IMG/VR virus record: IMGVR_UViG_3300023313_000001
Span: 62,001 to 126,000 of that record
Reading direction: 5' to 3' (one strand)
Length of the DNA: 64,000 nt
Every line of letters begins with the position of its first letter. The stretch's first letter is position 1. The notes under the pieces are model-generated. The model made no database searches. It saw only the letters and a program-made list of their open reading frames with translations, and had not been told where the DNA came from. Shown here in pieces: positions 10,356 to 19,773 of this stretch. The position numbers and the translations under genes were made by a program.

Positions 10356-10393
10356 CGATATACGAAGTATATCGATTAAATTTTGAGGTTTAT

Positions 10394-10879
10394 ATGTGTA
10401 ATTATACCTGTATTGCAAATAATATTGTCGTAGATGGTAAACTATTTAATAGTTACCCTACTGTGGAACAAGCTGTGGCGGAATTATTACCATCGTTCGT
10501 GATGGAACCAGCAGTGCGGCAAGCATATATTATATCAATGATTACTAATATACTTAGTGGTAAAGTAGTTGAACTGTCCAGCCTGGCAGAGGTGGATAAC
10601 TCTCTAAACACCATGTATAACACCACCATCCAGGAAGAACAACTCAGCGATAGACTGTTTGATTATTATGAATGCAAGATCGATTGGGTGACTAAAGAGG
10701 CTGACATAATTGACGATTTTAATGAATTAATTGCAACCATAAACGTCACAGACATATTGAATGATAAACATCGGACTATATCTATAGAAGAAGCTGTCCG
10801 ACTTAAATTAGTGAATGATGGTGTAATTTTACCGTATGATGTCATTTCAAAAATAGACGAAGTTAATATAGTTCAATAG
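10394..10879 (+). CDS. hypothetical protein
   Basis: GAGG RBS, ORF fills the gap downstream of the promoter; no motif recognised. Confidence 0.6.
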   Translation: MCNYTCIANNIVVDGKLFNSYPTVEQAVAELLPSFVMEPAVRQAYIISMITNILSGKVVELSSLAEVDNSLNTMYNTTIQEEQLSDRLFDYYECKIDWVTKEADIIDDFNELIATINVTDILNDKHRTISIEEAVRLKLVNDGVILPYDVISKIDEVNIVQ

Positions 10880-10888
10880 CTGGATGTA

Positions 10889-12577
10889 TTACTGTAATGT
10901 AAAAACTAGATTGCCGCAATCCCAAATTCTACAGTACCCGTTGTTAACCATATTTTCGTATTCTGTTTGATTAGGATCAAACGTTGATAGTACTTTGTGC
11001 AATTTATGCTTTTGAAACATCACTCGACTAAACAATTTATTTGGGTCATGTCTCCAGTAGAAATAATTTGGTTTACTGATATGAGATAGTTCAAACCCTA
11101 ACGTGTGATATAACTGCCCAGAACTTCGACGCCTATCAGCGTATGATATTATACTGCCTTGATGATTTCGACGAAAATGGGTCAACAATTTGCCTGCTCC
11201 ACCAACTACAGACATCCCTACTTTATTACAAAACCGAATCAGTTCATAGTCCAGCTTGTTAGAATATCTACTGCGACCAAATGTCATTACAGCAACAATA
11301 TTACTATCATACAATAATCCGTACCTGTAGCTACTAGTATCACTCCCTTGCAGATGGTTATCATTTAAGAACTCATTCGCCTGGGCAGCAGATAGATCAA
11401 CTATGCTACATTGTCTAGCTCCTAGTTTTGAAGTAGCTACATTCAATCTATTAGCTAACATACTTTTCCAAATGTTTCGTTTGACTGGATTACGCCACTC
11501 GTTTTCAAATATATGAACAAGGTCATAACCGTGTTTTTTTGCTACCTCAGTTTTATGCAAGTGATATGTTGAAGTTATTCGGTCGTGACAGTCACTGTGC
11601 CAATATATTCCATCACATTCAATAGCTATATTAGCTTGGGCTACAACAATATCTAATTCCTTACCTGATAAAATTGCTCGGTCATTTGTGATCACACGAT
11701 GTGGATATATTTGATCAACCCACGATGTTACTTCACGTTCAAATCCGGATTGGTGTTGTTGATACGGTATGTTGTGTCGTTTAAGCCAGTTCAGTACTGT
11801 ACCATAGTATACCCCAGTCTCGTCACCGATAGATTTAATGCCACGTTGAAGATCCACATGTTGATGCTTTAACCAGTCCTTATCTTGCAATCGAACATCT
11901 GACAAATCGTATATTGACTGGACTCTACGTTGAATTATCGAGCTATTTTCCTGGTCTGTTCGTTTCAAGGCTGTAATGTTTCTTTTTTCTACTACCTCTG
12001 GTATATGTGACGGATTGGTTACTCCACTCCCATACAATCGAGATAACGTTTGTTGTCTGCGTTCCTGATATTCCTTAGTTTGGGTAAAGTGTTTTCCGTT
12101 ATACTTCTCTCGTATTTGGCTTTGCTTCTTGCTTTGATTTTCGTTATTGGAACTAATATTAGATGCTCCATATTTCGTTTTGATCGTTTCCTGTTTAGAT
12201 AAATATAATGTGGACTGCTTAGAGAAATTATGAATGGCACCATACTTGTTCAACATGGTTTGCTGTTTCTTAGTTATAGATTCTTGTGATATTTGCTTCC
12301 CTACAGATGCTTGAGACGCACACTGGGTAGAGCAATACTTAGCATATCCCTGGGTCATTCCTCTGTATTTAACAGCGCTAGGACATTGAGTCAGTGCACA
12401 CAATACCCCAGACTTAATAGTATTGATTACGCAGTACACACGTTCATTTATACTAACATCTTCTGGTAAAAAACATGTTTGATCCAATAGTTTGGTTAGC
12501 AGAGAATTGTCCTTGAGGATATACGATTTCATATACCTGGGGCGAATTGACTTATCTAATAATCCTTGGAGTATCAT
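10889..12577 (-). CDS. free-standing homing endonuclease-like protein, family B
   Basis: K..T...KYG helical repeats, HTH, ELDIVV...IAIECDGIYWHS nuclease, C-terminal GNAT-like domain; 2 nt after nrdB stop. Confidence 0.75.
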   Translation of the reverse strand: MILQGLLDKSIRPRYMKSYILKDNSLLTKLLDQTCFLPEDVSINERVYCVINTIKSGVLCALTQCPSAVKYRGMTQGYAKYCSTQCASQASVGKQISQESITKKQQTMLNKYGAIHNFSKQSTLYLSKQETIKTKYGASNISSNNENQSKKQSQIREKYNGKHFTQTKEYQERRQQTLSRLYGSGVTNPSHIPEVVEKRNITALKRTDQENSSIIQRRVQSIYDLSDVRLQDKDWLKHQHVDLQRGIKSIGDETGVYYGTVLNWLKRHNIPYQQHQSGFEREVTSWVDQIYPHRVITNDRAILSGKELDIVVAQANIAIECDGIYWHSDCHDRITSTYHLHKTEVAKKHGYDLVHIFENEWRNPVKRNIWKSMLANRLNVATSKLGARQCSIVDLSAAQANEFLNDNHLQGSDTSSYRYGLLYDSNIVAVMTFGRSRYSNKLDYELIRFCNKVGMSVVGGAGKLLTHFRRNHQGSIISYADRRRSSGQLYHTLGFELSHISKPNYFYWRHDPNKLFSRVMFQKHKLHKVLSTFDPNQTEYENMVNNGYCRIWDCGNLVFTLQ

Positions 12578-12579
12578 AT

Positions 12580-13674
12580 TCAGAATTCAAAATCGTTGAA
12601 ATCATTATCCTCTAAGTCTGAGTTAATAGCTCCAACTAGGTATGACTCTTTTTCAGTCTCTTGCGGTGCTTCTTGCACACCTTTGCTATTTAACCAATTA
12701 GACATCCAATTTAATGGATTTTTCGTGAAAGGAAATGCTGGAGATAATCCTACTGTACGCATACGTTTATTGGTCATATGATCAATATATCGATGTAACA
12801 CGTTGGATGTTAATCCAATCATCGCTCCATGCTCAAATAGATAATCTGCCCATAATTTCTCTTGAGTAGCAGCATCATTGAACATTTGCTCACTCAGGGG
12901 AATACATTCTTCAGCAATTTGAGCCCATTCAGCTCCCTCGTCACCTTGTCTTAGTGTTTTCAACACATTTTGAGTGAGAGCTAGATGTTGAGACTCATCT
13001 CTAGCAATCAATCCCATAATTTTTGCAGTTCCTTCCATAGTTTTGTTTTCTCCAAAAGCAAAGTTGCATGCAAATGATATATAGAACCGTACACCCTCGA
13101 GAATATTAATACACATTAGTGCTAAATATAGTTTTCGTTTAAGATACGGCAAATCTACAGATGTAGGATCAACCAAATACCGATGCATACATTCAATAAA
13201 GTCGTCGTAATACTTACCAATGGATGCTGCTCTATCGATTATTTCAGGAATATCTAAAATATGATCCAATACTTCACTAGGATCTGCAAATAAATTTCGT
13301 ATCATGTGAGTGTATGAACGACTGTGAAGAGTTTCAAAGAACCCCCAAGTAATTGTAGCTGCTTCAAATTCAGGGTTAGTAATAATAGGTAGAAATGCAT
13401 TCAACACTCCTCTGCTTTGCATTGAGTCTAGCAATATTTGGTATTTTAGATTAGATACAAATATAAACTGTTCACCTTCGGTTAATTTTTTGAAATCTAC
13501 ACGATCCTTATTTAATCCAACTTCTTCAGGACGCCAGAAGAACCCTAACATGGTGTTATTAGCTTTCTCAAATATCGGATATTTAGGATCAGCATATTCT
13601 TGTATGTTGACCCCATTTGTTCCGAAAAATATTGGTTCTTGTTTAAAATCTATTTTATTATGTGAAAATATCAT
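12580..13674 (-). CDS. nrdB: ribonucleotide reductase class Ia beta subunit
   Basis: FFWRPEEV, LLDSMQ, ETLHSRSY (radical Tyr), LEGVRFY, RDESQH, APQETE. Confidence 0.97.
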   Translation of the reverse strand: MIFSHNKIDFKQEPIFFGTNGVNIQEYADPKYPIFEKANNTMLGFFWRPEEVGLNKDRVDFKKLTEGEQFIFVSNLKYQILLDSMQSRGVLNAFLPIITNPEFEAATITWGFFETLHSRSYTHMIRNLFADPSEVLDHILDIPEIIDRAASIGKYYDDFIECMHRYLVDPTSVDLPYLKRKLYLALMCINILEGVRFYISFACNFAFGENKTMEGTAKIMGLIARDESQHLALTQNVLKTLRQGDEGAEWAQIAEECIPLSEQMFNDAATQEKLWADYLFEHGAMIGLTSNVLHRYIDHMTNKRMRTVGLSPAFPFTKNPLNWMSNWLNSKGVQEAPQETEKESYLVGAINSDLEDNDFNDFEF

Positions 13675-13677
13675 TTC

Positions 13678-14820
13678 TCACTCCGTTAAAGTAATTTTAT
13701 TAAAATGTATGTTACCTAACATATCTATCAGAATTTGTAATTTATCTGAGTTAATATTCAAGCATTCAGTATAGCCATTAAATTTTTCTATTGGGTGATA
13801 TTGGTCACTACTATGCATGTTTAAAATATTTTGTTCCAGTTTAAATGCATCAAACAATGTTAGTGGAGCTGATGCTAATAGTGTACCATTAAATTTAGTA
13901 TACGATCCCATTCGTGACGTTAAGTTTTTCGTTATTCCTACTTTAACAAAAGTGTCGTCGTGTTGCACCAATTGCACTAAGTAGATAAATCCTGGGGTGT
14001 CACCTAGCAATGGATCAGTATTCAGTCTATTATAATCATATCCACCTAACTTATTACATCTTATGCATCCATATCCACCAACAGTGTGGCTATTGGGTTT
14101 CTGTAAGAAAACCCCATGCTTAGGACATTCGATCGCTACTTTGGTATGTACGTTGACATAATCTACTTGATCATACCTATAATAATTATCATGAATACGA
14201 TTTGCATCTATTATAAATTGGCGCTTGTGGACAATCAACCGATTTTCTTGCTTGCATCCAGGACACTGTCCACTATTGCTTAAATGAGTAGTTGGAGATT
14301 GAGTGAATATACCATGATTGGGACATATAATGGTCACATGTCGCTTCATAGTAGTATACTCTGTTAACGAATAATCATATTGGTTGTGATGTTTTTGACT
14401 AGCTAGTTCTATGAATTCATCTCTGGTTTGCATACGGCAATTACATAGTTTACACCCAGATCCTTTCAAATGATCTGAAGGTCTCTGCTCGAAATATCCA
14501 TGTTTAGGACACTCAATTGATACTTTGGTGTAGCTGTTCACATAGTTAACATTAGCATAATTATATTTGCTGTCATGTCTAATGTTGGCACGCTTGATAA
14601 AAGCTTCTACACCTAATGATACACGTTCTTTGCCACAAGACGGACATCCATAACCTGAAAGATGATCGCTGGCTTTTTGTTGAAACCTCCCGTGTTTGTT
14701 ACATATTATAGATAAGGAACCTAACGATCCAGCGTATATCACCTCACTGTAGTCGTACATGTTTCCATGTTTGGATTTAGCTTTGCATATATAATCGTCT
14801 GTTGTTATTTTTTTAGGCAA
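13678..14820 (-). CDS. free-standing homing endonuclease-like protein, family A (4 repeats)
   Basis: Four ECPKHG.F.Q..S.H..G.GCxxC repeats; FIYLVQL...FVKVGIT...YTEC. Confidence 0.75.
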   Translation of the reverse strand: MPKKITTDDYICKAKSKHGNMYDYSEVIYAGSLGSLSIICNKHGRFQQKASDHLSGYGCPSCGKERVSLGVEAFIKRANIRHDSKYNYANVNYVNSYTKVSIECPKHGYFEQRPSDHLKGSGCKLCNCRMQTRDEFIELASQKHHNQYDYSLTEYTTMKRHVTIICPNHGIFTQSPTTHLSNSGQCPGCKQENRLIVHKRQFIIDANRIHDNYYRYDQVDYVNVHTKVAIECPKHGVFLQKPNSHTVGGYGCIRCNKLGGYDYNRLNTDPLLGDTPGFIYLVQLVQHDDTFVKVGITKNLTSRMGSYTKFNGTLLASAPLTLFDAFKLEQNILNMHSSDQYHPIEKFNGYTECLNINSDKLQILIDMLGNIHFNKITLTE

Positions 14821-14832
14821 TTGATATCCAGT

Positions 14833-16128
14833 CTATTGTAAATTCAACTTGATTTCATTGAGAGTAATAAAATCAAGTTGAATGCATTCGGTATGACCAC
14901 TAAACTTGTGTTTGGGAGAATATCTAGGATACTTATCAACTAACTCTTGTTCTATAGTAAATGCAGAGTACATATTAGTATGTTTGCAACACTCCAATTC
15001 CACAGTGTAGTGGTGAGACATGGTATGGATCCTGTGATCGATATCGGTAGTGATGCCTACTTTATAAAAATTTTCATCATTGCTGTACAATCTCATTAGA
15101 TATACCTGTCCTTGTTTATTTTTCAACCTTGGATATTTCATAAATCTAGTTTCGTTATAAATTCCTATTTGGCCACACTTAGGACATCCATATCCGTTGA
15201 GATGATCATTTGGTCGTTGTTCAAAACTTCCATGGGTGGAGCATATTATCAGAACTTTCTTCTTGCAAGTGAGATATTCTACTAAAGAATAATTATACTT
15301 GTCCTCGTGCACTTCATTTGCATCAGTGATAAAATCTTCTGTGGTTTTGGTTCGACTATCTATGGCACATAATTTACATCCAAACTGTCTATTCAGATGG
15401 TCATATGGTGTTTGATTAGTGGGTCCATGTTTGGGACATGTTACTGTTATCTGTTTGGTTAAACCATCATATTCTGTCTGATCATAATCGTATACAATCT
15501 TGTGTGTCGATCTAGCTGCAGTAACAAACTGATCAAACGGAATTTTTCTATCTTCGATAGTGCACGTTGGACATCCACACCCTTGGAGATGTGCACTGGG
15601 TGTTTGTTTAAACATCCCATGTGCATGACATTCGATATTAACTGTGCTATAGCTATTAATATAAACTACTGAGTCATATGAATATTTGGTTGCATGAATA
15701 AGGTGGGCTTGGTCTATAAATTGATCCTTAGTGCTAGTCTGTGATTGAACAGCACATGACGGACACCCCTGACCATTTAAATGATCATGAGATCGTTGTT
15801 TAAATAATCCATGTTGTTTGCATATTATATCGACTTTGGTACGGGAGTTGTGATACTTTGTAGCTGTGTAATCGTATACTGTGCCATGAACCATGGTGGA
15901 TCGATGTATAAATTCAGACGTAGTAATCCTTTTTCGATGGTTAATACACTCTATGCATCCCTGCCCTCTGAGATGTAATGATGGTGTTTGGTTAAATTTG
16001 CCATGAGTATGACAAATAATGGTTACTGGAATTTTGCTAGTGACATATTGGGCCAATGAATAGTCATATATGTCACCAAATTTTGCACACGCTTTTTCAA
16101 TGAAATTATCCTTAGACAATTTCATCAT
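14833..16128 (-). CDS. free-standing homing endonuclease-like protein, family A (5 repeats); start placed at ATGA overlap with nrdA stop
   Basis: Five IICxxHG.F.Q....HL.G.GCxxC repeats; VYLMRL...FYKVGIT...HTEC. Confidence 0.75.
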   Translation of the reverse strand: MMKLSKDNFIEKACAKFGDIYDYSLAQYVTSKIPVTIICHTHGKFNQTPSLHLRGQGCIECINHRKRITTSEFIHRSTMVHGTVYDYTATKYHNSRTKVDIICKQHGLFKQRSHDHLNGQGCPSCAVQSQTSTKDQFIDQAHLIHATKYSYDSVVYINSYSTVNIECHAHGMFKQTPSAHLQGCGCPTCTIEDRKIPFDQFVTAARSTHKIVYDYDQTEYDGLTKQITVTCPKHGPTNQTPYDHLNRQFGCKLCAIDSRTKTTEDFITDANEVHEDKYNYSLVEYLTCKKKVLIICSTHGSFEQRPNDHLNGYGCPKCGQIGIYNETRFMKYPRLKNKQGQVYLMRLYSNDENFYKVGITTDIDHRIHTMSHHYTVELECCKHTNMYSAFTIEQELVDKYPRYSPKHKFSGHTECIQLDFITLNEIKLNLQ

Positions 16129-18392
16129 ATGGCACATGCCCCACCAGCACATCCAACTTCACTCGGATCGTCAGTTTTCCCATCATATGTGTTCAAATAG
16201 TATGCAGTTTTCATTCCCAATCTATACCCATACATCAAGTTTCGCATGACATCCTTCACTGGCAACTCTCCATTTGGGTAATGACTGGGGACATAATATT
16301 GATTAATTGAAATGGCTTGATCAAAATATTTTTGGATTACTGCCATTAATCTCATGTACCCATCATTACTGTAATCCTCATCCCACGCATATTGATAATA
16401 ATCTTTCAGTTTACGATGGTCAGGAATCACCATACGTAAATTTCCTTTCTTCGACTTCTTGATAGTCAAGTCGCTTCTAGGAGGTTCAATACCGTTCGTC
16501 TCATTCGATGTTACACTACTCGATTCCGATGGCATTTGGGCAGATAGCGTTGAATTGCGGATTCCGTGTTTTTTTAGTTGTACCCGAAGGTCTTCCCAGT
16601 CAAGTTCTAACTGTCTGGTGCAAATTTGATCGACGTCTTTACGATATGTGTCAATTGGCAGCACGCCATGACCATATTGAGTGTCATCCAATCCTTCACA
16701 TGCTCCAGCTTCACTAGCTAGTTTTACAGAAGCCTCAATCAAATGGTACTGGAAAGATTCCGTAACTCGATCGGTTAATTCAATAGCTTCATCACTACAA
16801 TATTTAACTTTATTCAACGCTAAGAAGTGAGCCAGTCCTATAAATCCCACTCCAATAGAGCGCCGTTTGCGCATGGATAATTTTGCTGCTAATATGGGAT
16901 ACTCTTGAAGATCAACTATTTCATCCAGTGCACGGACCGCTAGATCACATCTATGTGCCATCTGCTCATGGAGTTTAGATACATCAATTTTTCCCAGATT
17001 TACTGCAGATAAAATACATAGTGCTATTTCTCCATCAGGATCATCATACGTTTGTAGCGGTTCTGTAGGAAGAGTTATCTCCTGACAGAGGTTAGACATT
17101 CTAATAGGAATACTGAAACTGGAATGTTGATTCACATTATCTATATTCATAATGTATATTCGCCCAGTCTCAACACGCTCCCTTACCAGATCAGCAAAAA
17201 GTTGACGTGCATTAATTTTAATTGAGGATATTCCAACTCGACGTTCGGCAGTTAAATACAACTCTTCGAATTGCTCGTCTCCAAAATGTTCATATAAATC
17301 AGGAACATCATGCGGTGAAAATAATGTTATCTCAGCATTATCTACTACGCGTTTATAAAAGACACTATTCAATTGAATACTGTAGTCTAGTTTACGTACC
17401 CGATTATCTTCAGTTCCTTTATTATTTTTAAGAACAATTATGTCTTCAATCTCCTTGTGCCAAAACGGAAAGTGAACAGTAGCTGAACCACCACGTACGC
17501 CATTCTGAGTACAGCATTTTACACTAGTCTCAAAGCTTTTTAAAAATGGAAGCACTCCAGTGTGAACTACCTCACCCCCACGGATCTTAGAATTAACAGC
17601 GCGAATACGTCCAGCATTAATGCCTATTCCAGCACGTTGTGAAGTGTATTTCTTTATGGCACCATCTGAATGAATAATACTATCCATGGTGTCGTCTACA
17701 TCAATTAACACACAAGAGGAGTACTGTCTCATTGGTGTTCTAGCTCCACATAGGATAGGAGTTGGTAAGTTAATATGAAACTGACTAATTGCATCATAAT
17801 AATTTTTAACATATTTGAGTCGCACATCTCTGCCAAATCTATCATATTTTGCAAATAAAGTCATTGCAATCATCATGTACATGTATTGTGGGGTCTCGAA
17901 TATAGTATCTGTATCTCTGTCTTTAAGTAGGTACTTGTCGATACATTGTTGGATGCCAGCTGATCTGAATAAATCGTCACGTGTATGCTTAATGTATCGA
18001 TCAAAATTGTTAATTTCTTTGATAGAATAGTTACTGAGAACCACTGGATCGTATACTCCGTGATCAATGTTTGCATCAATTACTTCGCGAAGTGGTGGAG
18101 TTATAAAATCTCCAAAAACATTCTTACGTAGGTTGTAGTTTGTTAATCGTGCTGCAACTATTTCATAATTTGGCGATTCTGTGGATATAAGATCTACTGC
18201 AGATTTGATTAATATTGAATGTATGTCTACTGTCTTAATTTTATTACGAAATTGAAGAGAGGCATTCATTTCAATATCTGATACGGATACTCCAGACAGT
18301 TTATCAGTGGCTTCTTCTAGGATGAAATGAATTTTATTGTAGTCGAGTTCTGTTAGTTGACCGTTACGTTTAGTTACAAAAATTCCAGGCAT
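16125..18392 (-). CDS. nrdA: ribonucleotide reductase class Ia alpha subunit with ATP cone
   Basis: VTKRNG ATP cone, YSSCVL, SNLCQEI, ALCILS, TAYY, C-terminal CAGGAC. Confidence 0.97.
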   Translation of the reverse strand: MPGIFVTKRNGQLTELDYNKIHFILEEATDKLSGVSVSDIEMNASLQFRNKIKTVDIHSILIKSAVDLISTESPNYEIVAARLTNYNLRKNVFGDFITPPLREVIDANIDHGVYDPVVLSNYSIKEINNFDRYIKHTRDDLFRSAGIQQCIDKYLLKDRDTDTIFETPQYMYMMIAMTLFAKYDRFGRDVRLKYVKNYYDAISQFHINLPTPILCGARTPMRQYSSCVLIDVDDTMDSIIHSDGAIKKYTSQRAGIGINAGRIRAVNSKIRGGEVVHTGVLPFLKSFETSVKCCTQNGVRGGSATVHFPFWHKEIEDIIVLKNNKGTEDNRVRKLDYSIQLNSVFYKRVVDNAEITLFSPHDVPDLYEHFGDEQFEELYLTAERRVGISSIKINARQLFADLVRERVETGRIYIMNIDNVNQHSSFSIPIRMSNLCQEITLPTEPLQTYDDPDGEIALCILSAVNLGKIDVSKLHEQMAHRCDLAVRALDEIVDLQEYPILAAKLSMRKRRSIGVGFIGLAHFLALNKVKYCSDEAIELTDRVTESFQYHLIEASVKLASEAGACEGLDDTQYGHGVLPIDTYRKDVDQICTRQLELDWEDLRVQLKKHGIRNSTLSAQMPSESSSVTSNETNGIEPPRSDLTIKKSKKGNLRMVIPDHRKLKDYYQYAWDEDYSNDGYMRLMAVIQKYFDQAISINQYYVPSHYPNGELPVKDVMRNLMYGYRLGMKTAYYLNTYDGKTDDPSEVGCAGGACAI

Positions 18393-18409
18393 GGATACTT
18401 CCTTTAGTA

Positions 18410-18814
18410 TTATTCAGTTGTAGTTATATGGTGACTGTCAATACCGTGAGCTAGTAAGTATTGTATGCCATCTTCGTTATTATATTCGTCATCGTAGTAC
18501 ACTGTAGATATAGCTGACTTAACTATGATCTTTGCACATTCGACACAAGGTGCTGTGGTCACAAACAGTATAGCTCCGTTGGTGACATAATGTAACTTTC
18601 GTAGTGCGTTGTCTTCAGCATGGATCACTTCAGGACGAGTCACATTGTCAATTTCGCAAATATTTTCAAACCCAGGTGGAGTACCATTGTATCCTATACT
18701 GATTACACGGTCTCCATCCACTATGATACATCCTACTTTTCGGCGTATACAATACGATGCTTTAGCGTACGCATGAGCAGCATTCATATGTGCGATTATC
18801 ATTCTTGGTTTCAT
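18410..18814 (-). CDS. dCMP deaminase
   Basis: RRKVGC, IGYNGTP, HAEDNA and PCVEC zinc-binding motifs. Confidence 0.92.
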   Translation of the reverse strand: MKPRMIIAHMNAAHAYAKASYCIRRKVGCIIVDGDRVISIGYNGTPPGFENICEIDNVTRPEVIHAEDNALRKLHYVTNGAILFVTTAPCVECAKIIVKSAISTVYYDDEYNNEDGIQYLLAHGIDSHHITTTE

Positions 18815-18832
18815 ATCATAAAATTGTAGAGT

Positions 18833-18840
18833 TATTTATA
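18833..18840 (-). promoter_or_regulatory. T4-like late promoter
   Basis: TATAAATA on minus strand 18 nt upstream of the dCMP deaminase ATG. Confidence 0.6.
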
Positions 18841-18908
18841 TGACACACTGACAACCGTTTCTGGATCTACATACTTCGGTGCGTTCAGTGTGACATAAAT
18901 ATAATAGC

Positions 18909-18916
18909 TATAAATA
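18909..18916 (+). promoter_or_regulatory. T4-like late promoter
   Basis: TATAAATA 29 nt upstream of ORF 18946. Confidence 0.65.
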
Positions 18917-18945
18917 CTATAAACGTGAACAGTTGAGTCAGTCTA

Positions 18946-19713
18946 ATGAAAATGCTAAGAGAAATATACGATGATGTAACATGCAACATTAATTGGTCAC
19001 AAGATCCCAATTGTATTGCACAATTCAATGATAGTGCAGGTAATATCCACAACATCAAATTCACCATAGTCGAATCTTCTAAATGGGAAGTAGCTGTTGA
19101 TGACTCCATTCACCACCATCTGAATACATATTCAACTATATTCTCAGCGTTCTCACAAATGTTCGAACATTTATATCCGTTTGAGTTGACTATACATTGC
19201 AATCCACTCAATGAAAAGCATGCTATTCAGGTAATTAAAGAAATTAATAGCATATATGATTACAGTGCAATCAAGACCTCAACAGGGTTTGTCTTAACCC
19301 GCGGGGTGGACGTGGATAATGAAATATTGACTGAAGAGCCTAATACCAGTTTAATGTATCATAAGTTGTTTCCAGACAAACGATTACTACGAGATTTGGA
19401 ATCTCGTGGGTATACGTTCCAGATGGGGAATGGGTTGAAAATATATAAACAGTATTATTCTAGTGTTCATCGTGGATCTGGCCCATCTAAACGGCGTACC
19501 CTACAGTCGATTGTCATTCTCAAGGATGGACGATTGTTTAGAAAAATTCCTAAGGCTAAGTGGGTTCAGTTAGCAGATCCATCGGATCAACACTCAGATA
19601 CTTGGGGAACCTTATTCATGCGTAAGATGAAAAAACATGAACAAGACAGGATCCAAACTCGGAAACAAAAACTTCAAGATCATAGAAAAGCACGATTAAC
19701 TAAGTCTAATTGA
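18946..19713 (+). CDS. hypothetical protein (possible head-internal protein)
   Basis: Late promoter upstream; MKMLREI start and several [ILV]xE motifs. Confidence 0.55.
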   Translation: MKMLREIYDDVTCNINWSQDPNCIAQFNDSAGNIHNIKFTIVESSKWEVAVDDSIHHHLNTYSTIFSAFSQMFEHLYPFELTIHCNPLNEKHAIQVIKEINSIYDYSAIKTSTGFVLTRGVDVDNEILTEEPNTSLMYHKLFPDKRLLRDLESRGYTFQMGNGLKIYKQYYSSVHRGSGPSKRRTLQSIVILKDGRLFRKIPKAKWVQLADPSDQHSDTWGTLFMRKMKKHEQDRIQTRKQKLQDHRKARLTKSN

Positions 19714-19714
19714 G

Positions 19715-19743
19715 TTGACCACATCAGTCCAGTGTGGTACTGT
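19715..19743 (+). promoter_or_regulatory. sigma70-type early promoter
   Basis: TTGACC-17 nt-TACTGT with extended TG. Confidence 0.55.
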
Positions 19744-19773
19744 CGTAATATCATTATCAAGTGGAGAAATTAT

